From NCBI GenBank assembly GCA_028714375.1, contig JAQTMK010000001.1, positions 136,988-200,987 of the forward strand: 64,000 bases of DNA, written 5' to 3'. The stretch comes from Candidatus Nanoarchaeia archaeon. GTDB lineage: Archaea; Nanobdellota; Nanobdellia; SCGC-AAA011-G17; JACPNG01. Position numbers and translations under genes: made by a program. Under the pieces are notes generated by a model, which saw nothing but the letters and a program-made list of their open reading frames with translations, was not told where the DNA came from and made no database searches. Below are positions 37,003-46,900 of this stretch, one piece after another (position 1 is the stretch's first letter; each line of letters opens with the position of its first letter).

Positions 37003-37377
37003 ATGATAATTACTGAATCAGGAAGAAAAATACCTATGGATGAAGCCCTACAAAAAACAATTATTAGAGGAGGAGCTTTATGGGACCTTATTGCAGCATT
37101 CATTGAATACAAGAAAGATCTCCGCATCGAGGTGAGAGATGACAAAAGAAATGAAGTCCCACAAGATAAAGAAGACATATGTTTTATTCTTACAAACAGA
37201 AAAACAGATGAGGGTATAATTGTAAGGGCTAAGAATGCTTTAACATATTTAAATGTTAAGTCTTCAATACCTCAACAGGAAATAAACCCCCAAGAAGTGC
37301 TGGGATTTATCAGAGACTACATTAAAAAGACTGATGATCATCTTATTGAAGTGGAAAAATTATTCAATCTGATATGA
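37003..37377 (+). CDS. hypothetical protein
   Basis: 124 aa; AGGAGAGGGAGA ribosome-binding site; followed by a strong terminator. Confidence 0.4.
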   Translation: MIITESGRKIPMDEALQKTIIRGGALWDLIAAFIEYKKDLRIEVRDDKRNEVPQDKEDICFILTNRKTDEGIIVRAKNALTYLNVKSSIPQQEINPQEVLGFIRDYIKKTDDHLIEVEKLFNLI

Positions 37378-37395
37378 TTCCAGGGTAATCCTCCA

Positions 37396-37427
37396 AAGGT
37401 TAGATTAATTTCTAACCTTGTTTTTTA
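37396..37427 (+). terminator. intrinsic-type terminator (perfect 9-bp hairpin plus T-tract)
   Basis: AAGGTTAGA-TTAATT-TCTAACCTT followed by GTTTTTTATT. Confidence 0.6.
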
Positions 37428-37924
37428 TTATTAGAGTATATACATCTATTATTAACAACCAGGATATTATTGCAGAGTTTTCTAATCACTTCAAAGTAAG
37501 TTGTTGATGTTACTTGAATTTAATTACCACTTTGTGTGCGTAATAGTTCTTTTAAAAGCATACTACTTTTTTTGAATATATAATCTTATTCTGATATTAA
37601 TTGGAGTTTTGCGCCCTTAAGCCTTGAATTGTTATTTCCCGAGGAGTTTTTTTATTTTACGCACCATTTCATAGTAAACTTTTTTTCACTCCTTTTCGTT
37701 CTTCTAAAATATATTTGATTTCTGAATAATGTTTAAATAAAAACTTTGGAGATTATGAGCTATTAATTTCAGAGTGACAACTTAGAATTGACTACAGAGA
37801 CAGAAAATACAACTTGGCAAATTCGCAAGTTGGATTTGCGCAAACCCAACATCAAACGTGTTGGCGTTAATGAAAAAGAAAAAGAAAAAGAGGGCTGATA
37901 AAAAACAATGGAGGAATATAGAAA

Positions 37925-39007
37925 ATGAAAAAGCTATTAGCAATATTGGCTGTTTTAGTTTTAGCTGTTAGCCCAATCCTAGCAAATAGTATAGGAACTG
38001 GTATTGGCGTTGACATTGAAACTGAAGACTTTGTTCCAGAAATCTGGATGTGTGATGGTAGAGCTGTTTACGATGATAACATCGAACCAGGAAGAAACGG
38101 AGCTCCATCATTGAGTGAAAGATTAAACAACTATGCTTTCGAAGGAGAGCAACTTGAATATGACGTATTAGTCTTGGATAAAAACGGAATCAACAAAATT
38201 GAAGACGTTTACATGACAATTGGAACCTCACAAGGTACAGGAAACGACATTGAAGTTAACTGTGTATTAAATGAACTTGGACCAGAAGTTGATTCAAGTT
38301 GTAATGCATACATTGGAGAAGAAAAAGTAGAAGCTAAAAACTTTGATAACTGGAATCAGATTGCAGCAATGTACACATGTACTTTGACCGTTGAAACTCC
38401 AGAATCAATGTACGGTGAATACTGGGTAACAGCAGAAGTTACTGACCTAGATGGTTTGCAAAACTCAGTTGATGAAAACGAATACTGGTTCTTCAACCCA
38501 GTCATTGCATTGACTGTTGAAGGAGAATTAGCATTTGAAAACGTAAGACCAGGAACAAACTCCTACTCTGAAACACTTTTAGTAGGAAACGATGCTGATG
38601 AAGGATCTGGTGTTACATTAGATATGTACATCTCAGGAACCAACTTCTACGATTCAAGTAGCTCAGGTGCAATGTGCCCAACAAGTAACGTTTTAGAATT
38701 GGATAACTTCGCTTACTACGCAGTAAACGGAGCTTACACAACTGCAACCGTATCTGGAGTAAACCCAGCATGGGATCCAGATGATGAAGGTTACGTAGGA
38801 ATACCAGAAGGTAATACAATCAACCAGGCTAAAGAAATTGTCGGAACCGAGTTCTTCGGAGATGCAGGTTCATCCTACAATAACTGGAGAGGAAACACAT
38901 TAACTCCAGGTGCTGAAATGGCATTGACTTTCAGATTGGCATTACCAGAACCATGTAATGGTGACTTCGATACAGGTACCATTTACTTCTGGGGAGAAGC
39001 TATCTAA
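37925..39007 (+). CDS. secreted protein (hypothetical)
   Basis: Signal peptide MKKLLAILAVLVLAVSPILA; GGAGG ribosome-binding site. Confidence 0.55.
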   Translation: MKKLLAILAVLVLAVSPILANSIGTGIGVDIETEDFVPEIWMCDGRAVYDDNIEPGRNGAPSLSERLNNYAFEGEQLEYDVLVLDKNGINKIEDVYMTIGTSQGTGNDIEVNCVLNELGPEVDSSCNAYIGEEKVEAKNFDNWNQIAAMYTCTLTVETPESMYGEYWVTAEVTDLDGLQNSVDENEYWFFNPVIALTVEGELAFENVRPGTNSYSETLLVGNDADEGSGVTLDMYISGTNFYDSSSSGAMCPTSNVLELDNFAYYAVNGAYTTATVSGVNPAWDPDDEGYVGIPEGNTINQAKEIVGTEFFGDAGSSYNNWRGNTLTPGAEMALTFRLALPEPCNGDFDTGTIYFWGEAI

Positions 39008-39089
39008 GTAAAGGAAAATTTTTTTCCTTTTTTTATTTTATTTTTAAAAACTTAAAGTGGTGATGAAAGAAAGGGAGAACTATCAAAAA

Positions 39090-40190
39090 ATGAAATACAA
39101 AATCATCATATTCACTTTGATTGCTTTAACAGCAATATCATTTGTTATCTCATATGACCCAAGTTACACATATACATTATTATGTTTATCAAAAGGAGAA
39201 AGTGCAAACTTGACTGCACCTCAAAGTTATGTTTGTCAGACTACATCCTGTCCAAATTTTTGTGTTTATGATACACCAAGCGGAAAAAGATACAGCACAG
39301 ATTCAAGTATCTGTTTTGCTTTAGGTTTAAGTTGTGAACCTGGTGGTACAGGATCTATGGATGTAACTCCACCAACTCTAACATTAATTGATCCAATCCC
39401 AAACGCAGTTTATAATTCAAGATCAGTTTTATTTAATCTTACCTTAGATGAAAAAGGAGAAGTATCCTATTATGATAATATAAATGGGCAGGGAAGATGG
39501 TCTACATTATTTAGTGAAAGAAATTCTTACTCAAAAAAATTAAGCATGAAAGAAGGATTAAATGATCTAACCTTAAGTGCAAGAGATGAAGATGGAAACG
39601 AAGCAAATAAAACAATCAAATTTTACGTAGATTCAAAAGCACCAAAAATAAAGAAAACCTACCCTAAGAAAGGAACTTATGCAACAGGCGAGTTTACAGT
39701 TGAATACACAGAAGAAAACCTGCAGTCAGTTACTTTGGTAATAAACGGAGTAAATGTACAGAAAAAAATAGATTGTCCTTCAAGTTCAAAAAAAGCTTCA
39801 TGCATATTTAATGTTGATTTGACTCAGTATGATGGACAGGAAATTAATTATACATTCGTATTGGAAGATTTGTTAACTACATCTACACTAAAAACACCAG
39901 TAGCTGTAAAAGTTGATATAACTAATCCAAACCTGGCTGTGTTTGATCCTGATGATGGAGCTGTTTACAATAAATATGTTCCATTCAATATGCAGAGCAG
40001 TGAAACAGTAAAATTGCAATACAGGGATAACTCTGCACTAAGACCAACCTGGAAAACTTTATGTAGTAAATGTACTGTTTATAATAAAGTAATAAGTTTT
40101 GGCAGAGGTACACACAATGTTGATATCCAGGCAACTGACTTGGCTGGAAATCCAACCGGATATAATTATGATTTCACAGTAAGCTATTAG
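39090..40190 (+). CDS. secreted protein with Ig-like C-terminal modules shared with the downstream gene
   Basis: Start at MKYKIIIFTLIALTAISF (AGGGAG ribosome-binding site 12 nt upstream). C-terminal modules paralogous to 40234-43191. Confidence 0.5.
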   Translation: MKYKIIIFTLIALTAISFVISYDPSYTYTLLCLSKGESANLTAPQSYVCQTTSCPNFCVYDTPSGKRYSTDSSICFALGLSCEPGGTGSMDVTPPTLTLIDPIPNAVYNSRSVLFNLTLDEKGEVSYYDNINGQGRWSTLFSERNSYSKKLSMKEGLNDLTLSARDEDGNEANKTIKFYVDSKAPKIKKTYPKKGTYATGEFTVEYTEENLQSVTLVINGVNVQKKIDCPSSSKKASCIFNVDLTQYDGQEINYTFVLEDLLTTSTLKTPVAVKVDITNPNLAVFDPDDGAVYNKYVPFNMQSSETVKLQYRDNSALRPTWKTLCSKCTVYNKVISFGRGTHNVDIQATDLAGNPTGYNYDFTVSY

Positions 40191-40233
40191 TTTGCTGTGA
40201 TTTAATTTCAAAACCATGGAGGCCCCAATAAAA

Positions 40234-43191
40234 ATGAAAAAAAATATTTTTTTAATGTCTTTACTCTTTGCTCTGTCTTTGAGTTTAGTCTCAGCCGCAA
40301 CAACCTATCAGGTAGATAATAGAAATCTTGGTGGGAATGTTTGTAGTGATTTAGGAAATGAAACCTATTTTTGTACAATCCAGGCAGCTGTGAACTATTC
40401 AAGCAATGGTGATACTATTAATGTTTTAGGCGGAACATATTCAGAACAGATTATAATAAATAAAAATCTTAAACTAAAAAATACTGGAGATGCAAAAATT
40501 AATGCACCAGATTCAAGAAAAACATTTACATTTACAGAATCAACTAGCACATGGGACCCAATCATAATCGCTTATGGTGGATCTGAAATAAGTGGGGCAA
40601 TTTCAGGAAATGATGTTGTTAATGTTGATATTGAAGGTTTTGAAATTGATGGTTTAGATAAAACTCCATCCGGAAGATATGTTGGAATTTTATACAGAAA
40701 TGTTAAAGGAAACGTTAAAGAAAATACGATTGGACATATGAAATTAGATGGATATGAAACTTTTGGAGTTTCTGTTTACGGTAAATCGGATGTAGTAGTA
40801 GAAGGGAATGATATAAGTGGTTATTCTAGAGGTGGAATTGGAATAAATGGGGACTTAGGAACAAATCCAGATCCAAAAGCAATGGTTAAAAATAATAAAG
40901 TTTCAGGTCCAGGACTAGGAGTTCCAGTAACCTGGGCAGCAAACGGTATCCAATTTGGATATGGTACTACCGGAACAATCGAAAGTAACGAAGTAATTGG
41001 AAGCGGATGGTTGGGAGACGAATGGAGTGGAACCGGAATTTTAGTTGTTGATTGTGATGGAGTAAATATAATCTCTAATAAAGTATATAGCAATGAGCAA
41101 GCAATAGGTGTTGGTGAATTTTATGTTTCAGCTTCAAACATCGAAATAACCGGTAACGAGATTTATGATAATGAATGGGGGATTTCAATATTTAATGATA
41201 TAGAAGATGTAATCGTAACAGATAATAAAATTTTAAATTCAGTTTATGATGGTATTGATGTTTATAGTTATGGTTTAACAAGTTGGAGGGATTATACCGG
41301 CCATTATCCTTCAAAAGTTAAAATAAACTTTAATGAAATTATTGGGAATGGACCTGATGCACTTTGGGTTGAAGTTCCAGCTAATGAAACAATCGATGCA
41401 AAAAATAATTACTGGGGAGTTTGCGATGGTCCTTCTGGAATTGGTCCAGGAACCGGAGATAATATTAATGTAGTTTCTGGTAATGTAGACTATACCCCAT
41501 GGTTGGGAGTTTGTATTGATCATCAATCAATAGAAGACAATTGTGTTTTAGAAGTAGAAGATGTTGAATTCAAAACAAATCTTTCAAGTGTTGATTCATG
41601 TTCAACACCTTCAGTATGGTTACAGACAGATTCAAAAAATTATACTGCATCTAAACAATCAGGATTTTATGTTGCAACAATACCTGGTTCTGATTTAGTT
41701 GGTGGTTCCACAGTATCATGGAAGTTTGTTGTTGAAGATTGTGAAGATCATTTAGATGAAGGAGCAATTCAATCATTTTATGTAAACCAACTCACCGTTT
41801 TAACAGTAAATCCAGAAGATGCAGATGGACAAAATGGATGGTATGTAACAGAACCATTATTTACATTAAACAATCCAAGCAATTCAACAGCAGTTATAAG
41901 TTATAGATGGGATGGTCTAGGACCATTTGTATATAATGGAACTGAATTTGGGGTAGCAGATGCACCAAATGATGGAGATGGTTATTTAGAATTAACTTAC
42001 TGGTCAAATATTTGTGGGGGAGAACCAGAGCAGGTAAAAGAATTAAATGTGGATAGATTAGTCCCAACCATATCTGATGTTTATCCAGAAGAATCAAGCA
42101 TGATATCTACAATAAATCCAAAAATATCAGCATTTATTGATAAACAACAGCATCAGACAAATTCACAGATAAATGTTTCATCAATAATATTAACTGTAGA
42201 TGGAACAGTAATTAATGAATTTGAATATAGCAGCAACATAAGAAAAATAAATTATAATTCAAATTTAACTGAAGGATTCCACGAAGTGAAACTGGAAGTT
42301 TCAGATCTAGCAGGAAATAAAGGAGAAAAAATCTGGAACTTTACAATAAACACAAATCCAGTTGAATTAAGAATACTTAATCCACCTGAAGGAATCTTGA
42401 ACAGTAAAAGACAATTATTGAACATATCGCTGGGAGAAAAAGTAAAAAGTTTAGGATACACAGACTCAATTGATTCAACTCCAACTTACAAAAACTTATG
42501 CAGAAATTGTGATCATTATGATAAAATGAAGGCATTTAGCGAAGGTCAGCATAATCTGACAGTAACTGCAGTAAGTTATTCAGGAGCTGAATTTAATCAG
42601 AGTGTATCCTTCTTTATAGATTCAATCGCACCAAAGATACCATACACAACTCCAAAAGGAGGAACATTTGGTAACGGAAACTTTACAGTAAGATACACTG
42701 AAGAAAATCCTGTTGAAGTAAATCTATATTATGATTACAATCAGACAGGAGTTTTCCAGAAAGTAACAAAAACAGATTGTCCAGCTGGAAAAAATAAGGA
42801 CTGTACCTTTGTTGTAGAAGGAGTAATGAATGAAAAATTAGATTATTACTTTGAAATCATCGATATTTCAGGATTTAACACAACATCAAAAGTAATAACC
42901 ACAACAATGGATACCATACCACCAGTGATGACTAAGTTAGGTTCACCTTTGAAGGAAACAAACTATACAAAGAAGGTGCCATTTGATATTGAAGTTAGTG
43001 AACCCGTAGATATTTATTACAAAGATAACAAAGGAAAAAATCCAGACAGATGGACAAGGTTAGCTTCAAAAGTAACAGAGTATAAAAAGTCAGTAAGTTT
43101 CAGCAAAGGCCCTCATGAAGTTGAAATAAAAATAATTGACAAGGCAGGAAATACTGAAATTACCGACCCAATAAACTTTGAGGTTATCTAA
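40234..43191 (+). CDS. large surface protein with parallel beta-helix (pectate-lyase-like) repeats and Ig-like modules
   Basis: Signal peptide; repeated beta-helix-like NxxSG/GxGI segments (NDISGYSRGGIGINGDLG, NKVSGPG, ITGNEIYDNEWGISIFN); C-terminal modules homologous to 39090-40190. Confidence 0.6.
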   Translation: MKKNIFLMSLLFALSLSLVSAATTYQVDNRNLGGNVCSDLGNETYFCTIQAAVNYSSNGDTINVLGGTYSEQIIINKNLKLKNTGDAKINAPDSRKTFTFTESTSTWDPIIIAYGGSEISGAISGNDVVNVDIEGFEIDGLDKTPSGRYVGILYRNVKGNVKENTIGHMKLDGYETFGVSVYGKSDVVVEGNDISGYSRGGIGINGDLGTNPDPKAMVKNNKVSGPGLGVPVTWAANGIQFGYGTTGTIESNEVIGSGWLGDEWSGTGILVVDCDGVNIISNKVYSNEQAIGVGEFYVSASNIEITGNEIYDNEWGISIFNDIEDVIVTDNKILNSVYDGIDVYSYGLTSWRDYTGHYPSKVKINFNEIIGNGPDALWVEVPANETIDAKNNYWGVCDGPSGIGPGTGDNINVVSGNVDYTPWLGVCIDHQSIEDNCVLEVEDVEFKTNLSSVDSCSTPSVWLQTDSKNYTASKQSGFYVATIPGSDLVGGSTVSWKFVVEDCEDHLDEGAIQSFYVNQLTVLTVNPEDADGQNGWYVTEPLFTLNNPSNSTAVISYRWDGLGPFVYNGTEFGVADAPNDGDGYLELTYWSNICGGEPEQVKELNVDRLVPTISDVYPEESSMISTINPKISAFIDKQQHQTNSQINVSSIILTVDGTVINEFEYSSNIRKINYNSNLTEGFHEVKLEVSDLAGNKGEKIWNFTINTNPVELRILNPPEGILNSKRQLLNISLGEKVKSLGYTDSIDSTPTYKNLCRNCDHYDKMKAFSEGQHNLTVTAVSYSGAEFNQSVSFFIDSIAPKIPYTTPKGGTFGNGNFTVRYTEENPVEVNLYYDYNQTGVFQKVTKTDCPAGKNKDCTFVVEGVMNEKLDYYFEIIDISGFNTTSKVITTTMDTIPPVMTKLGSPLKETNYTKKVPFDIEVSEPVDIYYKDNKGKNPDRWTRLASKVTEYKKSVSFSKGPHEVEIKIIDKAGNTEITDPINFEVI

Positions 43192-43341
43192 ACCTCTTCT
43201 TTTTTTATCTATTTTTAATTAATACTATCAAATAATAGAATTTACGATAATATCTATTTCTTTCCATAAATGTTTATATATAATCTTGGAGTGGTATTAA
43301 CTTAAAAGTGGTGTTATAAATTAAATACAGGGAGTGGTAAA

Positions 43342-43998
43342 ATGAGGAAAATAACAGTATTCATATTGGTTTTAGCATTGCTTTTGATATTTCCAGTAAG
43401 CGCAAAACTTACGGGACAAGCTAGAGGACAGGCTGTAATCAACGTTGACGTTGATGAAGGTAGCACAGAAGTAATCTCAAGAACTGTTTGGGTTAAGAAT
43501 GTAAATGATATTCCGGTTAATGTCGCAATTATTGCAATAGATGATATTGAAGACAGAACAGAAATAGAAGAACCTTCTTTTATACTTCAGCCAGGCCAGG
43601 AAAAAACAGTTAAATATTTATTGAAAATTTCCCAGCCAGGAAATTATTATGGAAAATTAAATATTGGTTTTTCTCCAGCAGATGGTTCTAAAGAAAATGG
43701 AGTAGGAATCTCATTAGCTATAACCGTTATTGCAGATGGTGAGGGTGAAGAATTTGTAAGTCCAGAACCTAATACTGAAGAAATCCCAGAAGATACAGAA
43801 GAAACTCCAGAAGACACAACCGATATCCCTCAGGAAGAAGACACAACTGATGGAGAAGGAGTAGATGTATTCGGAGGAGGACAAAATCCTGTAACACCTA
43901 AAACAAACATAAATTGGCCACTCATAATTTTCATAGGTTTACTTTTAATCGTAATCGCAGCAGGGGTGTTTGCTTTTTTAAGGGGAGGAAAAAAATGA
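43342..43998 (+). CDS. secreted protein with C-terminal TM anchor and basic tail
   Basis: Signal peptide; acidic PEDTEETPEDT linker; C-terminus WPLIIFIGLLLIVIAAGVFAFLRGGKK. Confidence 0.5.
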   Translation: MRKITVFILVLALLLIFPVSAKLTGQARGQAVINVDVDEGSTEVISRTVWVKNVNDIPVNVAIIAIDDIEDRTEIEEPSFILQPGQEKTVKYLLKISQPGNYYGKLNIGFSPADGSKENGVGISLAITVIADGEGEEFVSPEPNTEEIPEDTEETPEDTTDIPQEEDTTDGEGVDVFGGGQNPVTPKTNINWPLIIFIGLLLIVIAAGVFAFLRGGKK

Positions 43999-46900
43999 AG
44001 AAAGTAGTTTTTTTATTTGCTTTGTTATTAACAGTTTCATGTGTAAGTGCTTGGGATGTAGCTTATGTGGTTACTAACCCATCAACTGCAGCACAGGAAC
44101 CAATAACAGTGTTGGAAAACGAGGGATATAATGTAGAAGTTATTGATGATTCTGCATTACTAACAACAAATTTCAGTAATTATGATTTAATTGTTGTTGC
44201 AGATCAGAACTTTCCATATCCAGAAAGAATTCCAGTAACCTCCCACAGTACAGTAATTTTAAGTTCTAATGATGGTGATGTTTTAACTTGGGGTCTAAGT
44301 ACCTCAGTTGCAGATCAGACAAGCAGTCAACCAGAAAAAGTAGTTAATAATGATCCTACCAGTCCAATAACAGAAGGACTGCCCTCTGAAATTCAGGTTT
44401 ATACAACTGGAGGAGTTTCAGCAGGCCTGTCATACTTACCTTCTTCAGATAAAGCTGGAAAAATGAAGGTTATTGCTTCAACTTATTTCAGCAGCAATAT
44501 AAATGATGGAATAATTGCAACAGCATCTCCAGGAGATGTTTTAAAAATCTACAATAGTGGTTGGAAATACACAACCGTAAATTCAAGAATATGTTATTTT
44601 GGTATTAATACTCCAGCATACTGGACAAGCGATGCAGAAACATTATTCATTAATTGTGCAACATGGTCAGCATTAGGAGTAGATAATGATAATGATGGTT
44701 TCTACTCAGATGAAGACTGTGATGATACAAACGCAGATATTAATCCAGATGCAGAAGAAACCTGTAACGGAGTAGATGATAATTGTGATTTAATTATCGA
44801 TGAAGAAAACTCATTAGGATGTACTGATTATTACTATGATTTTGATCAGGATACTTATGGAGTATTCTTATCTAAGTGTTTATGTTCACCAAACGCATTT
44901 TATGATTCAGAAACAAACGATGACTGTAATGATAACAATATAAATATACATCCAGACGCACAGGAATTGTGTAATGGAATAGACGATAGTTGTGATGATA
45001 TCATTGATGAAGACTTAATTGAACCTTTGTCAGACAACCAAAAAGGAATCTGTAAAAATTCTGTAAAAATCTGTGAAGGAACTTCAGGATGGACAAATCC
45101 AGATTACACAGAACTGGAAGATTATGAAAATCCAGAATTAAGTTGTGATGGTTTAGATAATAACTGTGACGGAACAGTTGATGAAGATTTAGCAACAACT
45201 TATTATAAAGATTTAGATGAAGATACCTATGGAAGTAAAACAGTAACAATCCAGTCTTGTGATATTGTGGATGGTTATGTTGAAAACAATGATGATTGTA
45301 ATGATAATAATGCAGATATAAGTCCAGACGGAATTGAAGAATGTAATGGTATTGATGACAACTGTGACGGAGCCATCGATGAAGATGATATCTGTGAAAT
45401 AACAATTTATTATTGTGATGCAGATGCAGATTTACATTTAAGCTTGACACAATCAGGAACTTGTGATACCTATAACTGTGTTCCAACAGGATGTTCAACA
45501 ACACCCGGAGATGATTGTAATGACCATAATGCAAATATGTATTTAGGAAAAGCAGAAACCTGTGATGGTCTGGACAATGACTGTGATTATGTTATTGATG
45601 ATGGTGTAAAAACAACTTATTATCAGGATAAGGATGGAGATCTTTACGGAAATTCAGGAGTAACCAAACAGGCATGTTCTGCTCCAACAGGATATTTATT
45701 GGATAAGACAGATTGTAATGATAACTTTGCTACAATTCACCCAGGAGCAACAGAAACCTGTAATGGAATTGACGATGATTGTGATGGTTTGATTGATGAG
45801 GGAGGAGTTTGTGCAGTAAAGACTTACTATTGTGATGATGATTCAGACAGTTATCTAAGCTTAGATATCTCAGGAACATGTAACACCTATAATTGTGTTC
45901 CAGAAGACTGTTCAGAAACCAGCGGAACAGATTGTAACGACGATGATTCAGATATGTATCCAGGAAACATAGAAGTTTGTGATAACTTAGACAATGACTG
46001 TGATGGTTTAATTGATGAATCTCTTACACAAATAACAACTTGTGGACTAGGAGAATGTTCAGACAACACAGGAATAGAAACTTGTTCAGCAGGAGAATGG
46101 ATTAATGATACTTGTGATCCTTATGCTGGAGCAGTAGCTGAGACTTGTGATGGTTTAGATAACAACTGTGATGGTGAAACAGATGAAGGAGTAACTACAG
46201 AATATTATGAAGATTCAGATAATGATACCTATGGAGATGCATTAAGCATTTTAGATGCATGTTCTCTTCCAGCAGGTTACTCTGTAAATAATCTAGATTG
46301 TGATGATTCAAATGCAAATATGTATCCAGGAAATCCAGAAGTTTGTGATGGTGATGATAATGATTGTGATGGAACAATTGATGAAGATTTATCTGCACCA
46401 TTAAATACAAACCAAAATGGAGTATGTTTTGAATCAAATCAAACCTGTCAGGGAGAATTAGGATGGATCGATACTTATTCAACAATCTCAACTTATCAAG
46501 AAACAGAAGAAGCCTGTGACAGTTTAGATAATGATTGTGATGGAATAGTTGATGATGGTGTTAAAACAACATTCTATGAAGATTCAGATAATGATACTTA
46601 TGGAAATGCAACAAGCTCACAGGATGTATGTACTAAACCAACAGGTTATGTTTTAGATGATACTGATTGTGATGATAGTCAAAATACAATTTATCCTGGA
46701 GCTACAGAAGTTCCATACGATTCAATTGACCAAGATTGTAGTGGTGCTGATTTAACTGATGTGGATGCAGACGGATATGATTATACTACAGATTGCAATG
46801 ATAATGATCCAGATGTAAATCCTGGAGAAACAGAATCCTGTAACACAATTGATGATGATTGTGACGGAACAATTGATGAAGAAGATTCAACAGGATGTTC

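Noticed and set aside
43914-43994. Upstream extension MATHNFHRFTFNRNRSRGVCFFKGRKK of the giant protein ORF
   Set aside because: The Met at 43995 is preceded by AGGGGAGG and begins a canonical signal peptide. The extension overlaps the 3' end of the preceding gene and has no signal-peptide logic.
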